Below, piece by piece: positions 37,759-45,543 of a stretch of 53,605 bases of DNA. Positions within the stretch are counted from its first letter, which is position 1. Each line of letters opens with the position of its first letter. Source of the stretch: Actinomycetota bacterium (GTDB lineage Bacteria; Actinomycetota; Actinomycetes; S36-B12; UBA5976); assembly GCA_041158245.1 (NCBI GenBank), contig JBEBBT010000134.1, positions 1 to 53,605 on the forward strand, read 5' to 3'. The position numbers were made by a program, and so were the translations under genes. The notes beneath the pieces are model-generated. The model was not told the DNA's origin and searched no databases. It saw only the letters and a program-made list of their open reading frames with translations.

Positions 37759-40220
37759 GATGATTTTCCAATCGTCAAATCTTCACCGACTGCATCTAGG
37801 AAGAAATCTTCCAGTCGCATGTTTTTGCGTCCAGATAGCAATTCATCAACTTTGCCCATAGTTACAAGCTGACCACGATGCATGACAATCACGTGCGAAC
37901 AAGTTTGCTCAACTTCACTAAGCATGTGAGATGAAACAATCACTGTTCTGCCAGATTCGGCGTACTTGTGTAAAACATCACGCATTTCGCGAATCTGTGG
38001 TGGATCAAGTCCGTTGGTAGGTTCATCGAGTAGCAAAAGTTTTGGCATTCCGAGCATGGCCTGTGCAATTCCTAGCCGTTGGCGCATACCCTGAGAATAG
38101 GTGCGAACTTTTCTTTCAACTGCCGTTCCTAGGTCAGCAATCTCGAGGACAACCTCATATTGAGGATCTCCAGAGCGACCACTTGCGCGCCAGAAAAGTT
38201 CAAGGTTTTCGCGTCCTGATAGATGAGGTAAAAACCCTGCGCCTTCGACCAAAGCTCCGATGTTGGCAAGCGCCGCATTCCCACTGCTAATGCGATGTCC
38301 AAATACGTAGACATCACCTTCGGTTGGCTGGATTAGGCCCATAACCATTCGCATTGTGGTGGTCTTACCAGCACCATTCGGACCTAGTAGGCCAATCACT
38401 TTGCCAGCCGGGATTTCCCAGGTCACATCATTTACGGCTCGAAAGCCATTTTTAAATTCTTTTACTAAGCCTTCAATGCGTAGCGGAGTCTCTTCCAATT
38501 CTTTACGGAATACATCTGCTGACTTCTTAGGTCGTTTGAAATGAACGAGCACAGCCAGGAACAAGATCAGAGCAAGAGCTCCAAAAAACCAAACGGCTCC
38601 CGATACTTCAGAATTAACGAGTCGAAGCTGAACTTTCGGGACCATCAACTCGCTATCGATTAAGTCAACTAAATAAGTGTTTGATTGTTGTGGTAGCCGG
38701 TAAGCAGAGTCGGTCGTGGTGATGACCAGCTGGATTTTGTCACCAGGATTTAGTGCTGCCGAGATGGCAGGAAGTGAAACCTCAAACTCTTGAGGAGTTG
38801 CACTCACATTTTCGATTCGGAACGCTGAAACCAAACCATTCGGAAAAATCGAGCGACCACCGTCACGAACAATTCGAAGCGAAGCGAAGAAAACTGCTTC
38901 GGGTGCTGGTTTGAGCGATGAGATCGCAACTGAAATTTTGCTAGACCCAACTAAATCCAATTTTGATTTCAAGACTGAAGTTTCAAAAACAGCGCCTTGA
39001 TTTGGTAAAACTCTGCCCAGCAAAGTTGCGGCACTTCCAAGTCCTGGAAGTATCGTGATGTTTGCCGGTACCCCGCCTGAAGGCGCAATTACCCGCTGAG
39101 GGTTACCGTCAAGTTTGAAAGATTCAAAATCATCAAATGTTGGGATTTCCTTAGTTTGATACAACTCAATCGAAACATTTGAATTATTTCCAACAACTGC
39201 ACCCTGAGTCCGGCTTACTTCAAACCCGGTTATTGCCTTCTCTTTCTTGAACAAAAAAGCGTTAAACCAAGACAGTATTTCAGAATTCAGTCGGTCACTT
39301 TCACTTACTCCACCATCATGACCACCTGCGTGCCAAATGAGTTTTAGAGGAGTTTTTGGATGTGCATCCTTGATTTGATTAGCGGTACTAAGCGCTTGAT
39401 CAAAAGGAAAAAGTGAATCGGCTTGCCCTGCCATCAAAAGGGTTGGGATATTGATGTTTTTGGTAACAGAGATTGGAGATGATGCAAACATCAAAGCTTT
39501 TGAGGCAGCACTTAGCGGTCTTCCTGAAGTTGCTTCTTGATAAGCCAAACACCATTCAATGCTGAATCGGCCACATTCATTAATAAGTTTTGGTGGGGTA
39601 GCCATTCCAACACTGAAGAAGTAGCCAGTCCACATTTCTTTAAATACGCCAGCGGAATTTGTTTCTGCTGACTGATTAAAAAGTGAAGTTTCTAGATTAT
39701 TCCATGTGATGTCAGCAGCGACTGCATCTATTCGTGAATCTTGGCCAGCTAATAACAGTGAAAGCGCACCGCCATAACTCCCACCAGCAACGCCAACCAA
39801 AGGATCGTTTTTCTTATCCCTAATTACAGCTTTTTGTTTTCCAAGATAGTCAACCAAAGCTTTTGCATCTGCAATCTCAAATTGCGGTGAGTTCATGCTG
39901 ATTGGCGCAATTGTCTTTCCAAAGCCACGTGCAGAAAAAGTCAAAACAACAAAACCATTTTCTTGAAGCTGTTGAGCCTGCCCATTTAGGGATTCTTTAC
40001 TGCCTCCGAATCCGTGCGCCAAAATTACGGCTGGGGCGGGAGTAGTTTCTGGCAAAAAGACTTTTGCATCAATCAAAACCGGCGTTGGATTACTAGCAGA
40101 AGTTGGTCCACCCGAAACTGAGATTTCCTTGGTTTTTTGGCCTTCAGCTTTTGCAGGCGCTGCAAATGAACTAAGCGCCAAAACAGCAAGCAAGAAAACT
40201 AAAACCAGGTGCTTTTGCAT
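37755..40220 (-). CDS. Fusion protein: signal peptide + CocE/NonD (S15)-type alpha/beta hydrolase + single TM helix + ABC transporter ATP-binding domain
   Basis: Signal peptide MQKHLVLVFLLAVLALSSFAAPAKA. Hydrolase motifs are HGFGGS, GGSYGG, GQADSLF and WHAGGHDGG. The TM helix is encoded at nt 38541-38600. The NBD has GPNGAGKTT, YSQGMRQRL, LLLLDEPTNGLD and SSHML. Confidence 0.75.
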   Translation of the reverse strand: MQKHLVLVFLLAVLALSSFAAPAKAEGQKTKEISVSGGPTSASNPTPVLIDAKVFLPETTPAPAVILAHGFGGSKESLNGQAQQLQENGFVVLTFSARGFGKTIAPISMNSPQFEIADAKALVDYLGKQKAVIRDKKNDPLVGVAGGSYGGALSLLLAGQDSRIDAVAADITWNNLETSLFNQSAETNSAGVFKEMWTGYFFSVGMATPPKLINECGRFSIEWCLAYQEATSGRPLSAASKALMFASSPISVTKNINIPTLLMAGQADSLFPFDQALSTANQIKDAHPKTPLKLIWHAGGHDGGVSESDRLNSEILSWFNAFLFKKEKAITGFEVSRTQGAVVGNNSNVSIELYQTKEIPTFDDFESFKLDGNPQRVIAPSGGVPANITILPGLGSAATLLGRVLPNQGAVFETSVLKSKLDLVGSSKISVAISSLKPAPEAVFFASLRIVRDGGRSIFPNGLVSAFRIENVSATPQEFEVSLPAISAALNPGDKIQLVITTTDSAYRLPQQSNTYLVDLIDSELMVPKVQLRLVNSEVSGAVWFFGALALILFLAVLVHFKRPKKSADVFRKELEETPLRIEGLVKEFKNGFRAVNDVTWEIPAGKVIGLLGPNGAGKTTTMRMVMGLIQPTEGDVYVFGHRISSGNAALANIGALVEGAGFLPHLSGRENLELFWRASGRSGDPQYEVVLEIADLGTAVERKVRTYSQGMRQRLGIAQAMLGMPKLLLLDEPTNGLDPPQIREMRDVLHKYAESGRTVIVSSHMLSEVEQTCSHVIVMHRGQLVTMGKVDELLSGRKNMRLEDFFLDAVGEDLTIGKSS

Positions 40221-40253
40221 GGCTCAACTCTAGGTGGTTTTAGCAGGATGTGC

Positions 40254-40616
40254 TTATTTTCGCAATATCTTTTCCATAGCTCGGCCCTTGGCGACTTCGT
40301 CAACCAATTTGTCGAGCATACGGATTTTCTTCATTAAGGGATCTTCGATTTCTTGGATTTTTACACCACAAATCATGCCGGTTATAAGTTCGGAATTCTG
40401 GTTAACTTTAGCCTTTGCAAAGAAATCTTCAAAAGTTGTTTCAGCCTTAAGATGCTTAAGTAATTCTGCTTTGGTGAAACCAGTGAACCAAAGAATCACT
40501 TTGTCTAAATCAGCTTTGGATTGACCTTTTCTTTCAACCTTAGCTACATACAGAATGTAAACCGAGTTGAAACTCATTTTGAATATTCTGCTCAATTCTT
40601 CACGACCCTTTGACAA
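40254..40616 (-). CDS. DUF2200 family protein
   Basis: RIFKMSFNSVYILYVAKVERKG... is typical of DUF2200. TTG 40616 gives about 120 aa, the usual family length; the track ORF extends to 40664. Confidence 0.6.
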   Translation of the reverse strand: MSKGREELSRIFKMSFNSVYILYVAKVERKGQSKADLDKVILWFTGFTKAELLKHLKAETTFEDFFAKAKVNQNSELITGMICGVKIQEIEDPLMKKIRMLDKLVDEVAKGRAMEKILRK

Positions 40617-40676
40617 TTTAATGCTTTTAGATACCGAGTCTAGGCATAAATGAGTTTTGCTCAATAGTCTTGTGCC

Positions 40677-41411
40677 ATGAGTTTCTCAATTTCGCCAGAT
40701 GAATTTTCTGAGTTTGTTCGCAGTCGTCGAAGCATTCGGAGTTTCAAACCAGATCCAATACCATGCGAGATTTTGAATCGGATTCTTGAAGATGCCAAGT
40801 GGGCGCCAAGTTGGACAAACACCCAACCGTATTTCTTAGCAATTGCAAGTGGCGAAACAACCAAACGTTTGGCCAAAGAGTATTTGCAGTTGTTTGATGA
40901 CTCCCTGCCCGCACAACACGGTAGCAAGTGGGCCATGGTGAAGATGTACCTAACAGGTAAAGGTAAACCGTCATGGGATTACCGAACCACCATTCCTTAT
41001 CCAGAAGTTTTAACACCGTATCGAAGAAAAACTGGTGCTGATTTATATGCACTCCTTGGTATTGACCGCAAAGACCGAAAAGCTCGTGATGCTGCATGGC
41101 GGCGCAATTTTGAATTCTTTGGCGCACCCACTGTCATCTTTGTATTTGTACATGATGGTCTAAAGCAGTTCGCTGCACAGGATGCCGGATTTATGGAACA
41201 AACCTTGATGCTTTCCGCCCTCGCAAACGGCCTAGGTACCTGTGCTCAAGGTGCTATTGCGACATGGGCAGGTCCGGTTCGCAAAGAATTTGATATTCCG
41301 GAAGGATATAAATTCATCACAGCTATATCTATTGGATATCCAGATAATCATATTGTTAATACGTTTAATGCAGGTCGAAGAGAAATAGATCGCCAAGAAA
41401 AATCCTCATGA
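40677..41411 (+). CDS. Nitroreductase family protein (FMN-dependent)
   Basis: RRSIRSFKPDPIP...ILEDAKWAPSWTNTQPY forms the nitroreductase N-terminal signature. Confidence 0.8.
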   Translation: MSFSISPDEFSEFVRSRRSIRSFKPDPIPCEILNRILEDAKWAPSWTNTQPYFLAIASGETTKRLAKEYLQLFDDSLPAQHGSKWAMVKMYLTGKGKPSWDYRTTIPYPEVLTPYRRKTGADLYALLGIDRKDRKARDAAWRRNFEFFGAPTVIFVFVHDGLKQFAAQDAGFMEQTLMLSALANGLGTCAQGAIATWAGPVRKEFDIPEGYKFITAISIGYPDNHIVNTFNAGRREIDRQEKSS

Positions 41412-41998
41412 AGATCGAAATAATGAATGAAGCGGATGAAAATTCCGTTTATAAATTAATGCACTTCGCTTTTGTTAGTGAAGGGAAAACAATCGAAAAT
41501 CTTTTACGAGATTTGTTTGTTCACCCTGCCGGCAAAGCTGGATGTGGGATTGTTGCAAGAGATGAAAAAAAGGTTGTTGGCTTTGTAATGCTGAGTATTG
41601 GCTTACTTGATACATTCGAAGAAAATGTGAAAGTGGGGATTCTTGGACCTCTAGCGGTTCACCCAGATTTTCAAAAACAAGGCATAGGCCAATCCTTAAT
41701 CGAAAGATTATTGGCTGAAGCAAAGCAGTTGCACTTGCCAATCGTGTTTCTTGAAGGGGATCCGGCTTATTACTCGAAAATGGGATTTGAGCCGGCAAAG
41801 AAATTCGGCATGCGAAAACCGTCAATACGAATTCCAGATGCGGCTTTTCAATGCATTTTGCTCGATGGATACGAGCCATGGATGCAGGGAACTGAGGTTT
41901 ACCCAGAACCATTTTGGACCAACGATTGTGTAGGCCTTCGCGATTCAGGATTTATCGCTTGGATAAAGCAAGAAGTTTCTGAAGGTCGCGAGCTTTAA
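41408..41998 (+). CDS. GNAT family N-acetyltransferase
   Basis: LAVHPDFQKQGIGQSLI contains the acetyl-CoA binding motif (Q/R-x-x-G-x-G/A). 4-nt overlap with the upstream gene. Confidence 0.75.
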   Translation: MKIEIMNEADENSVYKLMHFAFVSEGKTIENLLRDLFVHPAGKAGCGIVARDEKKVVGFVMLSIGLLDTFEENVKVGILGPLAVHPDFQKQGIGQSLIERLLAEAKQLHLPIVFLEGDPAYYSKMGFEPAKKFGMRKPSIRIPDAAFQCILLDGYEPWMQGTEVYPEPFWTNDCVGLRDSGFIAWIKQEVSEGREL

Positions 41999-42015
41999 AT
42001 TTCAGCTTTAAGGAC

Positions 42016-43200
42016 TTAGTTGTACACCGTTCCGTGTCCATTAACTTTGTAGACGCGAACGTAATCAATATAAGTTTTTGATGTTGTCCAGTTGCCCCAG
42101 AGGCCGCCGAAGCCACCACCTATTGGACCGATTGCATTGTTCAAAATCAAGAAGTATGGCTTGTTTCCTGGCCAAATCATGCCGTCGATGTTGTCTTTAG
42201 TAACTGTCCAAAAAGCAACTCGATCAACGTAAAGCGTCATCTGGTCTGGAGTCCATGCCAAACCAAATGTGTGGTAATCCTCGTAGAAGTTGTAAGACTT
42301 TGTCGTTTCGCCAAATTTATAGAAGTGGCCACCACCGCCATCTGCGTAGTGCAATGCAGCTGAGTTTCGTTTTGGTTGGTGTCCACCTTGTTCAGCAATA
42401 TCCATTTCACCAGAACGCGGCCAACTTACGCTTGTGATGTCTTGGCCCAGCATCCAAAATGCCGGCCAGTTGCCTTCGCCTTGTGGCATTTTTATTCGCG
42501 CCTCTATGTATCCGTACTTAAAGTTGACTTTGCCTTGTGTATCAAAACGACCACTCGTAAATGCACAGTTTGCGCCTAAACATGTTGCAGGTGCTGGAGG
42601 GGCTGAATTAACTCGAGTTGTAGTAATGACGGCTTTGCCGTTTTCAACTGAAATGGCTTCAGGGATGTACCACTGTGATTCGTTGTTGTGGCAAGTGCCA
42701 CCACCATTAGCACCACTATGACCGCAGTAGCGAGCCGTCCAATTGTCGGTATCAATCGAGCTTCCGGCATTGAATTCGTCAGACCAAATCATGTTGCCAA
42801 CTGTGAATCCTCCAGAAATTTCGGGTGTTATTTCAGATTCTGGCTGAGCAGGTGTTGTTATCAATCGTGTGACAGTCTTGACTCGATAGTCCTTGGAAGT
42901 CTGACGTAATTGAAATCTATAAGTGGTTTCGCCTTCAAGGCCCGTGATTTGGATCGGGCTTTTCAAAGTCTTAGTCCAATTGCGACCATCAATTGAATAA
43001 TGGATTGCTCGAATAAGTTTTGATTTTGCAGTGTCTTTTTTATATTTGACAACTATCTTGTCATGAGAGGGAGCACTGACCTCAATGATTGTTGGTGCTT
43101 TCAATTTTGCTGTGTATGGAGCAAGAGCAGTAGAAGGAATAGTTGCAAGCACAGAAAATAAAGCAACTAGAGTCAACAAGAATTTAATTTTCATTTTCAT
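42016..43200 (-). CDS. Secreted GH16 glycoside hydrolase (beta-1,3-glucanase/laminarinase-like) with N-terminal Fn3/Ig-like domain
   Basis: Signal peptide, then WSDEFN, WPAFWMLG and the catalytic GEMDIAE (ExDxxE). Confidence 0.8.
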   Translation of the reverse strand: MKMKIKFLLTLVALFSVLATIPSTALAPYTAKLKAPTIIEVSAPSHDKIVVKYKKDTAKSKLIRAIHYSIDGRNWTKTLKSPIQITGLEGETTYRFQLRQTSKDYRVKTVTRLITTPAQPESEITPEISGGFTVGNMIWSDEFNAGSSIDTDNWTARYCGHSGANGGGTCHNNESQWYIPEAISVENGKAVITTTRVNSAPPAPATCLGANCAFTSGRFDTQGKVNFKYGYIEARIKMPQGEGNWPAFWMLGQDITSVSWPRSGEMDIAEQGGHQPKRNSAALHYADGGGGHFYKFGETTKSYNFYEDYHTFGLAWTPDQMTLYVDRVAFWTVTKDNIDGMIWPGNKPYFLILNNAIGPIGGGFGGLWGNWTTSKTYIDYVRVYKVNGHGTVYN

Positions 43201-43206
43201 TTTCCT

Positions 43207-43220
43207 TCATACCGATTTTG
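43207..43220. promoter_or_regulatory. Weak half-matching copy of the locus palindrome just upstream of GH16 gene 1
   Basis: tcatacCGattttg: the right half matches the TGAAAsCGrTTTCA consensus and the left half is poor. Confidence 0.2.
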
Positions 43221-43226
43221 TGGTTC

Positions 43227-43268
43227 TAGCGAAAAGTCCCCCGGATTACCCCGAGGGACTTTTCGCTA
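43227..43268. other. Perfect 14-bp stem-loop between two same-strand genes (terminator/attenuator or RNA processing site)
   Basis: TAGCGAAAAGTCCC (43227-43240) pairs perfectly with GGGACTTTTCGCTA (43255-43268). The 14-nt loop is C-rich, and no U-tract follows on the transcribed (minus) strand. Confidence 0.5.
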
Positions 43269-43284
43269 TGAGAGTGAAACGAAC

Positions 43285-44244
43285 CTAGGAGACCTTCACC
43301 TTTGTTGAGTCACTGAACACGACGGTTGAGCCGCCTTCATTTGTTGCAGTAACACGAACACGGATGAACTTGCCCTTTTGAGCAGCCTTAAGAGTTAGCT
43401 TCTTTGCTTTTGCACCCTTGATTGCAGAGCAATCAGATGGTTGTGCAGAAGGATTGTTTGTGCCCTTCTTTGTGCAAGCAAACCAGCGGTAGGCGATAGT
43501 TTCTTCACCTTGTCCTGAGAATGCGTATCCCTTTGCAGTTAGAACTTTTCCAACCTTTACAGAACCGCTGATAGCAGGGTTCTTGGTCTTGACTGGAGCA
43601 GAAACTAGAGAAGGCAGTTCGGCACCATTGAGACCAATGTTGTCGATTGCATAAATCTGACCTGAAACCGCTTCAGTACCGCTTGCTGCTGATCCGAAGT
43701 TTGGAATCAAAACAACTGTTACGTAGTCAACATCTCCATTTAGATCAGAGAGTGTTTGGGTGTAGCGATTCCAGCCTGGAGCAGCATCAAAAGAAATTTC
43801 CTTGTTGATGTTTGGGTCTGCTGCTTCAACCTTTAGCAAAACGCTAACGTCATCAGCTTCTGGTGAATATAGATCGAATTCGATAGTTGCTGATGTGCCA
43901 GTTGAGACTCGGCGATCATCAAATTTTGCAAGAACTACACCAGACCATGCCTGACCATTCTTTGGCAAAGCCAAAACTTTTCCTGAAGCGCCATCAATTG
44001 TGCTTCCGTCAACGATTGCTGAAACCATTCCTTCGAATGAACCTTGTGGGTCACCATCTGCATTTGTTCCGGCAGCGTCTGCACCAATTGCATCGCCATC
44101 TTCGAATGTGATTAGTGTTTCAGTCGCAGGCAATGTGTTTGCAGCTGATGCTGGATTAATTGCGACAAGTGCGCCCGCGCCAACAAGTGACAAAGCGCTA
44201 AGTAGAGCGAAGAACTTTGTTCCTAGCTTTGTTGTTTTAGCCAT
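43285..44244 (-). CDS. Secreted protein: CBM-like beta-sandwich domain + C-terminal Ig-like domain, unknown function
   Basis: The start is moved to the internal ATG at 44244 (GGAAGGA SD), giving the signal peptide MAKTTKLGTKFFALLSALSLVGAGALVAINPASA. The ...GQIYAIDNIGLNG ending is typical of CBM4/9-like modules. The Ig-like repeat has the pattern AYRWF...GKFIRVRVTA. Confidence 0.55.
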   Translation of the reverse strand: MAKTTKLGTKFFALLSALSLVGAGALVAINPASAANTLPATETLITFEDGDAIGADAAGTNADGDPQGSFEGMVSAIVDGSTIDGASGKVLALPKNGQAWSGVVLAKFDDRRVSTGTSATIEFDLYSPEADDVSVLLKVEAADPNINKEISFDAAPGWNRYTQTLSDLNGDVDYVTVVLIPNFGSAASGTEAVSGQIYAIDNIGLNGAELPSLVSAPVKTKNPAISGSVKVGKVLTAKGYAFSGQGEETIAYRWFACTKKGTNNPSAQPSDCSAIKGAKAKKLTLKAAQKGKFIRVRVTATNEGGSTVVFSDSTKVKVS

Positions 44245-44310
44245 TGGTTTCCTTCCAAAGAGGCCGAATGAATTTTGGTCGTGCTCACACACGTAGGCGA
44301 AAAATAGCCC

Positions 44311-44374
44311 TGAAAGCGGTTTTATGGAAGCGGTTTCACGAGCCAAAATTGCATGTGTTGTGAAACCGTTATCA
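44311..44374. promoter_or_regulatory. Three copies of a 14-bp CG-centred palindrome (putative LacI-type operator)
   Basis: tgaaagCGgtttta (44311-44324), tggaagCGgtttca (44325-44338) and tgaaacCGttatca (44361-44374). Confidence 0.5.
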
Positions 44375-44392
44375 AGTTGCTCGAAACAGCAA

Positions 44393-45538
44393 TTAGTGGG
44401 TGATTAGCTGGCCTAAGCCATTGACTGAGTAGTAGCGAACATAGTCGATGGTGAACTGGCTTTCCATGAGGTCAAAGTCGATTAGGCCGCCCCAAATGCC
44501 ACCCATGGCTAGATTCAAAATCAGATATTGCTCTGAGTCGAAAACCCAGTCAGCATCCACTTTCTCGTATGTGTAGTACTTCTTGCCATCCACATACCAG
44601 TCGATCTTGTCCTCGAACCACTCAATTGCGTAGATGTGGAAATCTTCGGTTGTGCTTGGGTTAGTAACGCTCCAGTTTCCACCACGCCCAGGGCCGGATG
44701 AAAGCGGGCCATGAGCGGTACCCCAAAGACCGCCTGGCCAAGATCCTTTTAATTCCATGATGTCGATTTCGCCGCAGAATGGCCAGCCCTCTTCATCAAT
44801 ATTCGCGCCCAGGGTCCAGACTGCTGGCCAAGTGCCTTCACCCTTTGCTCCCTTGGCGCGTACCTCTAGTCGTCCGTGAAGAAATCCGAACTTATCTTTC
44901 GTCACAATCTTCGAGCTAATCCAGTGGCAATCTCCGTAATAGCAATCGTAGTTTGATGCACCAGTCTTGGTAGCAGTAATTACTAATTGGCCATTGCCAT
45001 TTAGTTTTCCTTGTGAATTCAAGTAATACTGTCGTTCTTCATTTCCCCAACCAGGGTTATCAAACTCAGGAGCACTTCCGTCTCCCTCTTGAGCTGTCCA
45101 ATTGATTGAATCAGCAGTTAAGCCACTCTCACCAGAAAATTCGTCTTGCCAAAGTAATTCGTATTTGCCAGAAAGAATTCCAGTTTGAATAAATTTGCGT
45201 GGTGCACTAATTGTTTTGGTTTTAAAGCCATTTTTCGTCAAGGTGAATCTTGCGGTGACAAATTTTCCACGATCTGCAGATTTCAAAACGTATGTGGTTT
45301 TCGTTGCACCTGCAATTGGATTACCTGCACGAAGCCACTGAATCTTCTTTTTTACTCCTGCAGTTTTAACTCTAGGCAAATTAACTTTGAGTGTGGTTTC
45401 TTGCAAGTTTGTGAACTCGATAGAAATGGAACCGCTAGTTGCAATTTTGGCTGCAGCTGATGCCCCACTTATTTGGGACAGCGAAATTGCAATTGCAATT
45501 GCAAACGCAGCGATTCCATTTCTATTCGAGATTTTCAT
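44393..45538 (-). CDS. Secreted GH16 laminarinase-like glycoside hydrolase with N-terminal Ig-like domain
   Basis: Signal peptide, WQDEFSG, WPAVWTLG and the catalytic GEIDIMELKG. Confidence 0.85.
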   Translation of the reverse strand: MKISNRNGIAAFAIAIAISLSQISGASAAAKIATSGSISIEFTNLQETTLKVNLPRVKTAGVKKKIQWLRAGNPIAGATKTTYVLKSADRGKFVTARFTLTKNGFKTKTISAPRKFIQTGILSGKYELLWQDEFSGESGLTADSINWTAQEGDGSAPEFDNPGWGNEERQYYLNSQGKLNGNGQLVITATKTGASNYDCYYGDCHWISSKIVTKDKFGFLHGRLEVRAKGAKGEGTWPAVWTLGANIDEEGWPFCGEIDIMELKGSWPGGLWGTAHGPLSSGPGRGGNWSVTNPSTTEDFHIYAIEWFEDKIDWYVDGKKYYTYEKVDADWVFDSEQYLILNLAMGGIWGGLIDFDLMESQFTIDYVRYYSVNGLGQLITH

Positions 45539-45543
45539 TTTTA

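Noticed and set aside
40677-41998. GNAT with an upstream overlapping gene as a toxin-antitoxin pair
   Set aside because: The upstream partner is a full-size nitroreductase, not a small RHH/DUF1778 antitoxin. The GNAT has ordinary size and motifs.
43227-43268. Possible DosR box, because the hairpin contains AGTCCC and GGGACT
   Set aside because: The half-sites are in the wrong order (AGTCCC...GGGACT) and 14 nt apart, unlike GGGACTwwAGTCCC. It is interpreted as an RNA stem-loop instead.
45489-45510. Short tandem hexamer repeat (ATTGCA x3)
   Set aside because: It simply encodes the Ala-Ile-rich signal peptide (AIAIAIS) of GH16 gene 2. It is not a regulatory or CRISPR-like repeat.
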